This document shows positions 18,076-26,657 of a stretch of 64,000 nt of DNA, in pieces. The notes below the pieces were generated by a model that did no database searches, was not told the origin of the DNA, and was given only the letters and a program-made list of their open reading frames with translations. Origin of the DNA: Dehalococcoidia bacterium (GTDB lineage: Bacteria > Chloroflexota > Dehalococcoidia > Lucifugimonadales > VXLM01); the NCBI GenBank assembly GCA_963662435.1, contig OY759598.1:712507-776506 (forward strand), read 5' to 3'. The position numbers and the translations under genes are program-made. Numbering within the stretch: position 1 is the first letter of the stretch; each line of letters starts with the position of its first letter.

Positions 18076-19775
18076 ATGAACCTCGGAGACTTCATCGACA
18101 AGTTCAAAGATGCGATAGCCCGGAGGGTGGTCGAGTCCTACCCGCCCCTCTACCGCCCCTCGGAGAACGGCGGCACCCTGCCCCGGCTGCTCCGCACGCC
18201 CCTGGGGGCGCAGGCCGACGCCATAAAGGGCGCGGCCCTCTCGCTCCGGGCCAACCGGGGCACGACCGTCGTCGGCGAGATGGGAACGGGAAAAACCTTC
18301 ATCGGTGCGGCGGCGGCGCACATGGCGGGCTTCGAGAGGATCCTGGTCCTCTGCCCGCCGCACCTGACGAGGAAATGGAAGCGGGAGGTGGAGGAGACCG
18401 TCCCGTTCGCACGGGCCGCCATCGTCACCTCGATCACCGGGCTGGAGAAGCTCCGGCATTCCACCGGCTCGGGGCCGTTGTTCGTCGTGATGAGCAGGGA
18501 GCGGGCGAAGCTCTCCTACCGCTGGAAGGCCGCCGTCACCTACCGATGGGCGACGTCGCGGGGCAGGCTCATCAGGGAGGAGGAGACGGGGGAGCCGTTT
18601 CGAGTCCCCTGCTGCCCGGCCTGCACGGCCCAGGTCGTGGACAAGGACGGGGTGCCGCTGACGGACGCCGACCTGAACCGCAGAAAGCGCACCTGCGCCG
18701 CCTGTGGCTCGCCCCTCTGGCAGGCCGACAACTCCGGCCCCAAGCGCTACCCGCTCAGCGACTACGTGAAGCACAGGATGAAGGGCTTCTTCGACCTGCT
18801 GATCGGCGACGAGATCCACGAGTACAAGGGTCGTGGCTCGGCCCAGGGCATCGCCGCCGGGGTCCTCGCCGACGCCTGCGGCAGATCCCTCAGCCTGAGC
18901 GGGACCCTCATGGGAGGGTACGCTTCCACGCTCTTCCATCTGCTCTACCGGTTCTCACCGGAGATCAGGACGGAATTCGGACGTTCCGAGGAGTCCCGCT
19001 GGATCAAGCGGTACGGCTTTGAAGAGCACACCATCGGCAGGCCCGACGACGGCGCTGTGGAGGACGGCAGGCTCAGCCGCCGCCGCAAATTCCGCAAGGT
19101 GGTCAGGGAGAGGCCGGGGCTCGTCCCCAGCGCCCTCTTCCACATCATCCATAACACCGTGTTCCTCAGACTCTCGGACGTGGCCTCGGGCCTGCCCGAC
19201 TACGAGGAGCAGATCCTGCTGTCCTCGATGGACTCCGAGGAGGACGCGACGGGCTACTCCCAGCGCACGGCCTACAACACGGTCTTCGAGGAGCTCCGCA
19301 AGGAGCTGGCGAACGCCCTGAAGTCCGGCTCCAAGCGGCTGTTGGCCACCTACCTGCAGACGCTCCTGGCCTACCCGGAGGGGTGCACGAAGGGCGAGAC
19401 GGTCTTCGACCCCAGGTCGGGCGACGTCATCGTCCAGGTGCCGCCGCTCTCCGAGGAGCGGCTCTACCCCAAGGAGAAGGCGCTCGTCGACCTGGTGGCC
19501 GCCGAGCGGCTGGCCGGGCGCAGGGTGCTGGTCTACGCGACACACACGGGAACGCGGGACATCACCGGGCGGATGGACGACATCCTCACCCGGCACGGTT
19601 TCAGGGTGGCGGTGATGAAGGCCGATGCCGTGGCCCCGGACCGCAGGGAGAGGTGGGTGGCCGATAGGGTCGGCGAGGGCATCGACGTGATGGTCTGCCA
19701 CCCCAGGCTGGTGCAGACCGGCCTCGACCTGATCGACTTTCCGACCCTGGTTTGGTTCGAGACGGAGAACTTTGT
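18076..19775 (+). pseudogene. SNF2/DEAD-like helicase, 3'-truncated by insertion of the serine-recombinase element
   Basis: AGGAGG upstream of ATG 18076. Motifs GEMGTGKTF (motif I) and LIGDEIHEY (motif II), with C-terminal lobe ..VLVYATHTG..VMVCHPRLVQTGLDLIDFPTLVWFETE. Motif VI is missing, and after about 19770 the frame reads Ala/Pro/Arg-rich antisense of the recombinase gene. Confidence 0.7.
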
Positions 19776-21346
19776 CCGGCAATCGACATTACATCCTCGG
19801 TGGGGATGGCTAGGGTCAGATCGACGTTGTTGGTCCGGTCGATGGTGGCCCCGTCCAGGAGGAGCCGCAGCACCTCCCTGCGCTCCTCGTCGCCCAGGTC
19901 TTCCAGCCTGCCGCCAACCCGCTGCGCCCACTCGACGATGTGCTCGCCCAGCGCCCGCTTCTCAGCCTCGGCCATCTCCCTGGCCCGGAAGTCGTCCAGC
20001 TTCAGCCGGAGGGTCTCCAGCCGCTCGGTGATGAACTTGCGCTGGCGGTCGAGCTGCTTCTCCGTGATCTTCCCCGACACGTAGAGCCTGATTGCCCGGT
20101 CCTCCTCCATCTGGACCTTGTGCAGCTCCCGCTCCGCAATGGCGATATCCTCGACCAACTCGCCGTTGTCCGCCCGGGCGTCCATGGCCTCGATCCCGGC
20201 GACAATCACGCCGGGGTTCTGAAGCACCTTCTTGACCTCGCCCCAGACCAGCGCCTCAAGTCGCTCCGCCCTGATGTGGGGGCGCTCCCGGCATTTCACG
20301 CCGTCGTTCTCCGTCCCATAGCACCTGTAGTAGCGGCGGGGGGTGTCCAGCTCGTAAGTAAAGGACTTGCCGTTGCGCCTGGTAGCCTGGCGTCTGTTGG
20401 CCCGGCAGCCCATCAGGTACCCGCACTCGGCGCACCTGACCAGATGCTGGAGGAGATAGAATATCTTGGTGTTGCGGCCCGAATGGGTCAGCCGCCGCTT
20501 CTTGACCTCCTGGGCCAGGTCCCATATCTCCTCGTCCACCACCGGGGGAAAGGGCACCCCGACCCACTCGTCCTCGGGCCGGTTGTACCTCCTCATCCCG
20601 TTCTCGGTGGCGACGTGGCGGCGCTTGCCGAAGAACCAGGTGCCCTTGTAGGCCTCAAGTCCCAGGATGCGAGTGACGGTGCGGTCGTACCATCGCCCGA
20701 CAGCCCTGGGCGTGGGGACGCCCTCTGCGGTCAGCTGCTTGGCGATGGCCGGAGCTCCCATGTCTTCGCGGACGTACATGCGGAAGACGCGGCGGATGAC
20801 CTCGGCCTCAGCCTCCACGATCTCCGCCCTGCGGCCCTCTCCGAGCCTGTACCCGAAGGGGACGTTGTTGACCGGGATGCGCCCCTGCTTTGCCGAGCCG
20901 CGCTTGCCCATCGAGGCCCTCTCCCGGAAGTTGTCCAGCTCGATCTTGCCGATGGCAGCCATCAGGCCGAAGGTCTTCATGTCGATGGCGTCCAGGACGG
21001 CTTCGAGCTCTATCTGGTACGCCTCGACGACCTCCATGAGGACGGCTGCGGGATACATGCCTCTGCTGAGCCGGTCGGACTTCCAGCAGACGATGGTGTC
21101 AAAGCGTCCCCGTCTGGCGTCGGCCAGCATCCTCTGGAACTCCGGGCGGTTCTTCGACCATCCCCTGCCAACCTCCTGGTAGCGCGCCGTGATGGTCAGC
21201 CCCCTGCGCTCGCAGTGGGCCTCCATGTCGGACACCTGCTCGGAGATGGAGGTCTTGTCCTCCGTGTCCTGGCTCTTGTCGGATACGCGGGCGTAGATGG
21301 CAGCCCGTTTCGTTCCCGTCTGTCTATCGGTCGTTCTCGTCGCCAT
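19601..21346 (-). CDS. Large serine recombinase
   Basis: GAGGAGG upstream of ATG 21346-21344. Motifs AAIYARVSDKSQ..SISEQ..FDTIVCWKSDRLSRG (resolvase catalytic domain), a recombinase domain, a zinc ribbon (CAECGYLMGC..YYRCYG) and a coiled coil. The last ~58 codons (19775-19601) are read from antisense helicase DNA across the insertion junction. Confidence 0.85.
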   Translation of the reverse strand: MATRTTDRQTGTKRAAIYARVSDKSQDTEDKTSISEQVSDMEAHCERRGLTITARYQEVGRGWSKNRPEFQRMLADARRGRFDTIVCWKSDRLSRGMYPAAVLMEVVEAYQIELEAVLDAIDMKTFGLMAAIGKIELDNFRERASMGKRGSAKQGRIPVNNVPFGYRLGEGRRAEIVEAEAEVIRRVFRMYVREDMGAPAIAKQLTAEGVPTPRAVGRWYDRTVTRILGLEAYKGTWFFGKRRHVATENGMRRYNRPEDEWVGVPFPPVVDEEIWDLAQEVKKRRLTHSGRNTKIFYLLQHLVRCAECGYLMGCRANRRQATRRNGKSFTYELDTPRRYYRCYGTENDGVKCRERPHIRAERLEALVWGEVKKVLQNPGVIVAGIEAMDARADNGELVEDIAIAERELHKVQMEEDRAIRLYVSGKITEKQLDRQRKFITERLETLRLKLDDFRAREMAEAEKRALGEHIVEWAQRVGGRLEDLGDEERREVLRLLLDGATIDRTNNVDLTLAIPTEDVMSIAGQSSPSRTKPGSESRSGRGRSAPAWGGRPSRRCPRRPYRPPTSPCGPGPRHRPSSPPP

Positions 21347-21379
21347 TTCTGCCTCCTCTCGTGTTCCCTGAAATGAAGA

Positions 21380-21407
21380 AGACCCGCCTCCTGTCGGGAG
21401 CGGGTCT
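21380..21407 (-). terminator. Hairpin between the 73-aa gene and the recombinase gene (terminator or regulatory)
   Basis: AGACCCGC (21380-21387) pairs with GCGGGTCT (21400-21407). Conserved in the remnant copy at 48085-48112. Confidence 0.4.
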
Positions 21408-21559
21408 GCGAGTAGTACAATCAACTCGCATCACCTGCTCAATCCAGGTGGCGCCACGGCCCGGGGTGTTTGCAGCATCGCCGGGCCAACTTCTTTCTGC
21501 CCACCATTTTACCGCGCCGGACAGGGGGCAGTCAAAGCGCGATGGCTCCCTGCAGCGGT

Positions 21560-21781
21560 TTACTTCGAAGCGAGGCGATAGAGGGCGGGGTGACGACTTA
21601 CCCGCAAGAAAAGCTCCGTGTAGCCGCCGGAGTTGCCGACCCGGTGCTTGGGGAGGAACGTTCCTGCCCAATGAATGCCCAAGACGTCATTCACGTCCCG
21701 CGGGCTGAACGGCTCTTCAACGAGTCCGCGGGCAACGGCGTCCCGAATGCGCCGGATCGTCTCTCCTTCGCGTCTATCCAC
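21560..21781 (-). CDS. Hypothetical small protein (73 aa)
   Basis: Start overlaps the DUF1016 gene stop by 8 nt. Sequence ..GIHWAGTFLPKHRVGNSGGYTELFLRV.. Confidence 0.5.
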   Translation of the reverse strand: MDRREGETIRRIRDAVARGLVEEPFSPRDVNDVLGIHWAGTFLPKHRVGNSGGYTELFLRVSRHPALYRLASK

Positions 21782-23012
21782 CGGGCTGCCCCTCGCTGCT
21801 TGTGTCGGGGGTCATTATAGCCTCTGATGCCATCGAGCCGCGCAGCTCCATCGCCTGCCTTGTCCGGTCGAGTTCCGTCGCCAGCAGTTCCTCGTCTGGC
21901 AGGGTGATCCGGTACTCCCCGGCCATAACAGTATTTGGCAAGCCCTCAAGAGCGTACCGGGCGAGGGCCTCGTCCTTCTCGGAGCACAGGATAAGTCCGA
22001 CGGGCGGGTTCTCGCCCTCGCGGACCCAGTGCTCCCGCGCGTAGTTGAGGTAGAAGTGCATCTGGCCGGCGTCAGCGTGGGTGAACGCCCCTATCTTCAG
22101 GTCGATGACCACGAGACATCGCAGGCCCCGGTGATAGAACAGCAGGTCCACCCTGTACCACTGGCCGCCGACTCGGAGCCTCTTCTGCCTTCCGATGAAG
22201 CAGAAGTCGTCTCCCAATTCCATGAGGAAGGTCTCCAGGTGCCGGATGAGCGCGTCTTCGAGATCGCTCTCCGAGTACTCGTCCTTGAGGTCGAGGAACT
22301 CCAGAACGAAGGGGTCCTTGACTTGCTCCTCGGGCCGCACGAGGTCCTTGGGGCGGTGTGTCCGCCCACTCGTCAACATGGTGGCTTTGTTCTTCGAGAG
22401 GGCGGTGCGCTCGTAGAACTGGGAGCCGATCTGCCGGTTCAGTTGGCGGACCGACCATCCTGCCCGCAACGCCTCCGCCTCGTAGAACCGGCGGGCGCTC
22501 TCATCCCTGACTGACAGCAGCCTGACGTAAGCCGACCAGGGCAACGGAAAGGCAGCCAGAAGGTCGTCGAAGCCCACCTCGGTAGAAGTAGATTCAGAAT
22601 CTCCAGACGGCGTCTGGAGAATAGGCAGGTGAGGGTGCTGAGACAATTTGCCAGACAGTGTCTGGAGAATCTTGTCCGGCGGATGGGAGAGGTAGAACAG
22701 GCGCATGTTGTAGATGTTCTGAATGGAGAAGCCCCGGCCGAACTGCCCGGTCAGGTCCTCCGCCAGCCTCTCGATGAGCGCCGATCCGTACTCGGCCCGC
22801 TCTTCACCCGACTGCTCGGACTCGACGATGCGACGTCCTATCAGCCAGTACGCGGCGGTCATGGCGGCGTTCACCGAGCGGGCGGCCGACTCCCTGGCCG
22901 CGTCGATGATCCTCGACACGTCTCCGAAGACGGCCTCGTAAGGGGCGTCCTGGCTCAGAGCCGAACGCCCCGGCGATGGCTGATTACGAATGGAGGACGA
23001 CTCGGACCGCAT
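21774..23012 (-). CDS. DUF1016/YhcG-type PD-(D/E)XK nuclease
   Basis: WSAYVRLLSV..ARRFYEAEALRAGWSVRQLNRQI..FVLEFLDLKDEYSESDLEDALI..LGDDFCFIGRQKRLRVGGQWYRVDLLFYHRGLRCLVVIDLKIG. Confidence 0.8.
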   Translation of the reverse strand: MRSESSSIRNQPSPGRSALSQDAPYEAVFGDVSRIIDAARESAARSVNAAMTAAYWLIGRRIVESEQSGEERAEYGSALIERLAEDLTGQFGRGFSIQNIYNMRLFYLSHPPDKILQTLSGKLSQHPHLPILQTPSGDSESTSTEVGFDDLLAAFPLPWSAYVRLLSVRDESARRFYEAEALRAGWSVRQLNRQIGSQFYERTALSKNKATMLTSGRTHRPKDLVRPEEQVKDPFVLEFLDLKDEYSESDLEDALIRHLETFLMELGDDFCFIGRQKRLRVGGQWYRVDLLFYHRGLRCLVVIDLKIGAFTHADAGQMHFYLNYAREHWVREGENPPVGLILCSEKDEALARYALEGLPNTVMAGEYRITLPDEELLATELDRTRQAMELRGSMASEAIMTPDTSSEGQPGG

Positions 23013-23239
23013 CAGGATTCCGCCTCCAGGTGGTCGCTCACGTGCCGGTCGTCCGGGGACGAGTCCTTCTCGTCCTCCGCCTGCCCGTCACCGGCTGAGG
23101 ACCCGAGCAGCAACGTAAAGAGGCGACGCAGCCTATCCTCCGCATCGGGTGCGGGCCTGGAGATGACCCTGATCTCTCCAAACTCGGAGAAGTCCTCCTG
23201 AGGCTTCATTTGCCCGTTCTGTCTGCTCTTGTCCTTCAT
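23012..23239 (-). CDS. Small conserved protein (75 aa), first gene of the leftward recombinase operon
   Basis: MKDKSRQNGQ..DFSEFGEIRVISRPAPDAEDRLRRLFTLLLG. Paralogs at 50563-50811 and (decayed) 48229-48543. Confidence 0.55.
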   Translation of the reverse strand: MKDKSRQNGQMKPQEDFSEFGEIRVISRPAPDAEDRLRRLFTLLLGSSAGDGQAEDEKDSSPDDRHVSDHLEAES

Positions 23240-23445
23240 ATCTCTCTATGCCACCGGTCTCGCAGCGGTTCGCACGCAGGCCGTGCGCTCACGCCTTCGG
23301 CCCCATCGGAGGCTCCCGCCTCCTCTCCGATGGGGTCGTCCGTCTTCCATTGAGTCTGAGGAGTTGGGAGGCGAAATATCATGGTCCGTGAGGGGGGCAC
23401 GGGGCCGTGCCCCCCTCACGGGGACTCGACTCTGTGAATGGCCGG

Positions 23446-23614
23446 ATGTGACGTCGTACCCGTGTACAAGGATTAGCGTCAGTTCCCAAAAGGGAAGTCG
23501 AGGGCTGTTTTGAACCTGAAATAGGTGAGGAAAAGGGAAGTCGGGGCCGTTGTTGCGAGCACTTTGAGGTAAGGGCTGGTTCACCGGCTGGGTGCGAGAA
23601 TTCCCTTTTGGGAA
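23446..23614. repeat. Non-coding module U1, with a palindrome pair TTCCCAAAAGGGAA / TTCCCTTTTGGGAA
   Basis: Palindromes at 23483-23496 and 23601-23614 (118 bp apart) flank the conserved core GCGAGCACTTTGAGGTAAGGGCTGGTTCACCGGCTGG. Confidence 0.75.
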
Positions 23615-23724
23615 GTGGCCCAAGACCGGGCGCTCAGGGCCGGTGGCAGCTAGATCGGAGCCGCGTGGGAGGAGCTGTCTTCCATGGGACCGTGTGAGGC
23701 GGTCAGGGGCATCTTCGAAGGCCA

Positions 23725-23893
23725 ATGTGATGTCATACCCGTGTACAGGGATTTGCGTCGATTGACTAAAGTCAATTGGGGGGCAAGTTCCTACCTGAAT
23801 CAAACGGCTATGGGGGAGGTCGGAGCGGTTTCTGCGAGCACTTCGAGGTAAGTGCTGGTTCACTGGCTGGAGACGAGGATTGACAAAAGTCAA
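23725..23893. repeat. Non-coding module U2, with a palindrome pair TTGACTAAAGTCAA / TTGACAAAAGTCAA
   Basis: Every landmark is offset 279 bp from U1. Palindromes at 23762-23775 and 23880-23893 (118 bp apart). The core is the same, but the palindrome half-sites are swapped (TTCCC to TTGAC). Confidence 0.75.
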
Positions 23894-24130
23894 TCGGACA
23901 TCTGTGCCACATCGGAGCGAGCGATTGAACGTGGGGGGTGGAAACCGGCGTAGACAACCCCCTACCGGACAGTCCTCGACGGGACTTGGGACCAGGGGCA
24001 TGAGCGTTCCGGCCTGCTGTCTGGCTCCGCTGGGGGATCGTCGGACGGTCGATGGGACTCCCACGGCTTCGCCTCCTCGTCGATGGGGTCGTGTTGTCTG
24101 CCATCGAGTCTGGAGGGTCGGGAAGCCGAG

Positions 24131-24471
24131 CGTTATCCCTCGGAAGGGACTACACGGGCGTAGTGACTTTGAGGGGACTACACCGGTGTAGTCCCCTGCA
24201 GGGGATTACGACCGACGGTCTGATCTGATGTCATGGTTCGACGAGGCGGCCCAGCTTGGCCCAGCGTTTGTGCATCGAATGGCTGTCAAGGGGCTGTACA
24301 GGGAAATGGAACTTCGGGTAGAAGCGGACTTATTGGGCCATTTAGCTTCGGTAAGTTGCAGGTTGCACGGTGTAGAGGCCCCAAAAGCGAACACTTTATG
24401 TCAGGGGCTGGTTGCAGGGCAAAGCGCCTCAAGTGTGCAAGGCTGGGCCGCCCCCTATTGGAGGTGTTGAG
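24131..24471 (+). repeat. Structured leader, copy A
   Basis: Hairpin ATCCCT cgga AGGGA; ACTAC..GTAGT; a perfect 24-bp palindrome GGGGACTACACCGGTGTAGTCCCC (24172-24195) overlapping CCCCTGCAGGGG (24192-24203); GGGATTAC; GCTGTACAGGGAAATGG; AAGTTGCAGGTTGCA; GAACACTTTATGTCAGGGGCTGGTTGC. Confidence 0.65.
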
Positions 24472-24981
24472 ATGACGGGAGAGGCGACGGAGAGCTACGG
24501 CAGTGCAGAGGCTGAACCCCGGGATGAGCAGTCCGACCTCAAGTGGGCGGTGGAGTGGCTGGTGAAGGAGAAGGGGCAGCGCCGCGCGGCGAAGGTCCTG
24601 GGGGTGAACAGGAAGACCGTGGCCCTGGCTCTGCGCAGGGAGCGGCTGACGAGCAGGATGAATCACGCAGTCCAGAGGTATCTCTACGGTCCGCGTGGCT
24701 CTGAGGGGCGTCAGGAGATGCCGCTGGACGAAATTGAGTCGCGGATCAGCTCTCTGGCGGAGTCGGTGGACGAGATCGATGACCTGATCGAGGCACTGGC
24801 CCTGCGGGTGGAGGCATTGGAGGAGGAGTGGGCGCAGGGACGGGCGGAAAGCGGCGACGAGGCCGATGCCGATGGCGGCGATATGTCGAGGACCGGTGAA
24901 AAAGAAAAAGAGGATGAACTCGAAGAGTTGCCGGAGCCTGAGCAGGCCGGACGGCGGTTTGGTCGGTTGTGGCGGCGCTAG
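24472..24981 (+). CDS. HTH plus coiled-coil/acidic protein (169 aa), family member
   Basis: GGAGG upstream of ATG 24472. LKWAVEWLVKEKGQRRAAKVLGVNRKTVALALRRERL, then a coiled coil and an acidic tract; ends GRLWRR. Confidence 0.65.
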   Translation: MTGEATESYGSAEAEPRDEQSDLKWAVEWLVKEKGQRRAAKVLGVNRKTVALALRRERLTSRMNHAVQRYLYGPRGSEGRQEMPLDEIESRISSLAESVDEIDDLIEALALRVEALEEEWAQGRAESGDEADADGGDMSRTGEKEKEDELEELPEPEQAGRRFGRLWRR

Positions 24982-25184
24982 GTCGGACGCCGTAGGCGAA
25001 TCCCCAAGAGCATCTCTCTGTAGCAGGGCGGCCGGGTTCCATCCCAGGGTTGACGCAGATGTGGCGGACAACTGGTTGTGTAGGAAAAGCCCCTACAGGA
25101 GTCGCCGGCATGGCCACGGTAGGTCTCCCACCTGTGCAGGAAGCGTGGAATCTACCAACAGATTGCACAGGGAGGTGGAAGCAA

Positions 25185-25925
25185 ATGAAACGGAATGGAT
25201 CAGACATCGAAGGCAGCATAGCCTTTGAAAGCACACACGAACGGCAGCTCATGACGCTGCTGCAAGAGATGGTGCGGGAGAAGGGCCGTGGTGGCGCGGC
25301 GCGGGTGCTGGAGATCGACCCCCGCACGGTGGCCGCGTGCATGAAGAAGGGGAGGCTGTCCTGGCGGGTGAGGGAGGCGTTGGAGAGGGCAATTCAGTAT
25401 GGGGCGGGCTCCGCCGCCGCCGAACAGCGGGAGCGCAACGACCAGCTGGAGGACCGAATCAACAGATTGGAGGAGAAACTTCAAACCGGCATCGAAGAGC
25501 TGGCAGGGGAACTCAGGAGACGTCAGAGGATACATGCCCGGGACCTTCATCTGGTCCAAGCGCGAGTGGCGATCCTGACGCAAAGCCTTCTGGGTTCGGG
25601 GACGGAAACTCCCACAGGCGATGAGAGTGGAGTTTCCCCGCCGACGAGACGTGGTCCACTCTGGTTGCTCAAGGGGCCCGGCCCGGTCGACATGACAGAC
25701 CTGGTCTTCAAGTGGCGGCAGGCGCTGGCCGAGTACCTGGCCGCCGAGGAGCGGCTGTGCGAGGGCATGGATAAGAACATGAAGGCGATCCTTCGTGATG
25801 ACAAGAAGGCTGAAGGTCCCGTCGAGCCTCGCGCCCCCAGAGCGGCTCTGCGGTCGACCCTGCGGTCGAAACGGAATCGCACCCGATCCGGGACGGCCGA
25901 GAGCGCTCAGACCGGGATAGGATAA
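25185..25925 (+). CDS. HTH plus coiled-coil protein (246 aa), family member
   Basis: GGAGGTGG upstream of ATG 25185. LMTLLQEMVREKGRGGAARVLEIDPRTVAACMKKGRLSWRVREALERAIQYG, then a coiled coil. Confidence 0.65.
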   Translation: MKRNGSDIEGSIAFESTHERQLMTLLQEMVREKGRGGAARVLEIDPRTVAACMKKGRLSWRVREALERAIQYGAGSAAAEQRERNDQLEDRINRLEEKLQTGIEELAGELRRRQRIHARDLHLVQARVAILTQSLLGSGTETPTGDESGVSPPTRRGPLWLLKGPGPVDMTDLVFKWRQALAEYLAAEERLCEGMDKNMKAILRDDKKAEGPVEPRAPRAALRSTLRSKRNRTRSGTAESAQTGIG

Positions 25926-26094
25926 TCACGAAGTCGCGGGCAGGGACGGCTCAATGGCTGTCATCAACGGCTGAGCCGGGCGTCCGGTTCACCCCCACTG
26001 GGTCTCGTCCCGTCAAGTATCCGTGTTAAATGTCAAGTTCTAGTTCTGCCTTGAAACGGACTGATCAGGCGGTAAGTAGCACCCAGGGCCTTCC

Positions 26095-26560
26095 TTAGCG
26101 GGCAACGGCGTTGAGCTGCAGGAGCGGCTTGCGCATGACCGCCACCACGGAGACGTTGCCCTGCTTGCCGCGCTGACGCAGGCGCTGATAGAAGCAGCGC
26201 ATCTCGTTGTCGTGGCGGATCACCGCCCACGCACATACGTACAGGGATCGGCGCACCAGGCCGCGGCCGCCCCTGATGCCGCGTCTGCCTCGCTTCTGTC
26301 CACTGTCCCTCGACCAGGGAGCCAGCCCCACCAGGGAGGTGAGGGCCTTGCCGGCCCACTGTCCGAGTTCGGGCAGATGCGCGACCAGGACCGCCGCCGT
26401 CACCGGACCTATTCCAGGTACGGTGCGGTATAGAGCGGCCCGCCGCCCCGTTGGAGCGCTCCTTTGCAATGCCGCCTGATATGCCTTGTCCAAACCAGCG
26501 ATTTCCTTCTCGAGCCATGAGATGTGGCACTTGGTGGGCTAGAGGGGACTGTACTGCGAA
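26095..26560 (-). pseudogene. IS110-family transposase, C-terminal fragment only
   Basis: ..ISWLEKEIAGLDKAYQAAL..LYRTVPGIGPVTAAVLVAHLPELGQ..LVGLAPWSRDSGQKRGRRGIRGGRGLVRRSLYVCAWAVIRHD..FYQRLRQRGK. The N-terminal DEDD domain is absent and stops occur upstream. Confidence 0.75.
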
Positions 26561-26657
26561 CCTTTCGCCGGGAGGTTTGTATTTGACAGCAGGGAAATCG
26601 ACTAGGTGACACCAGCAGCGAACGTTGGGAGCCTGCACCCAGAGAGGCTACGACGAG

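Noticed and set aside
17563-18939. 458-aa minus-strand ORF. Similar long antisense ORFs occur at 3526-4524(-), 19940-21376(+), 27597-28901(+), 35286-36284(-), 36400-37497(-), 43008-43940(+) and 53714-54715(-).
   Set aside because: Each lies exactly opposite a gene with clear family motifs. Their products are Arg/Pro/Gly/Ala-rich and low-complexity, as expected for shadow ORFs in high-GC DNA. None has a convincing ribosome-binding site.
19776-20031. C-terminal ~85 aa of the 717-aa helicase ORF (and its N-terminal extension 17878-18075).
   Set aside because: After ..LVWFETE the frame reads antisense recombinase DNA (Ala/Pro/Arg-rich). The N-terminal extension lacks an RBS, whereas ATG 18076 follows AGGAGG.
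23440-23900. A possible CRISPR array or other short tandem array.
   Set aside because: There are only two copies of a long (~170 nt) unit at 279-bp offset, with no short direct repeats alternating with unique spacers and no cas genes. No CRISPR-like pattern was seen elsewhere in the window either.
23246-24064. 272-aa minus-strand ORF spanning the repeat-rich intergenic region.
   Set aside because: The translation is Pro/Arg/Ser-rich with no motif. The region is better explained by the U1/U2 nucleotide repeats, whose conservation is not frame-consistent.
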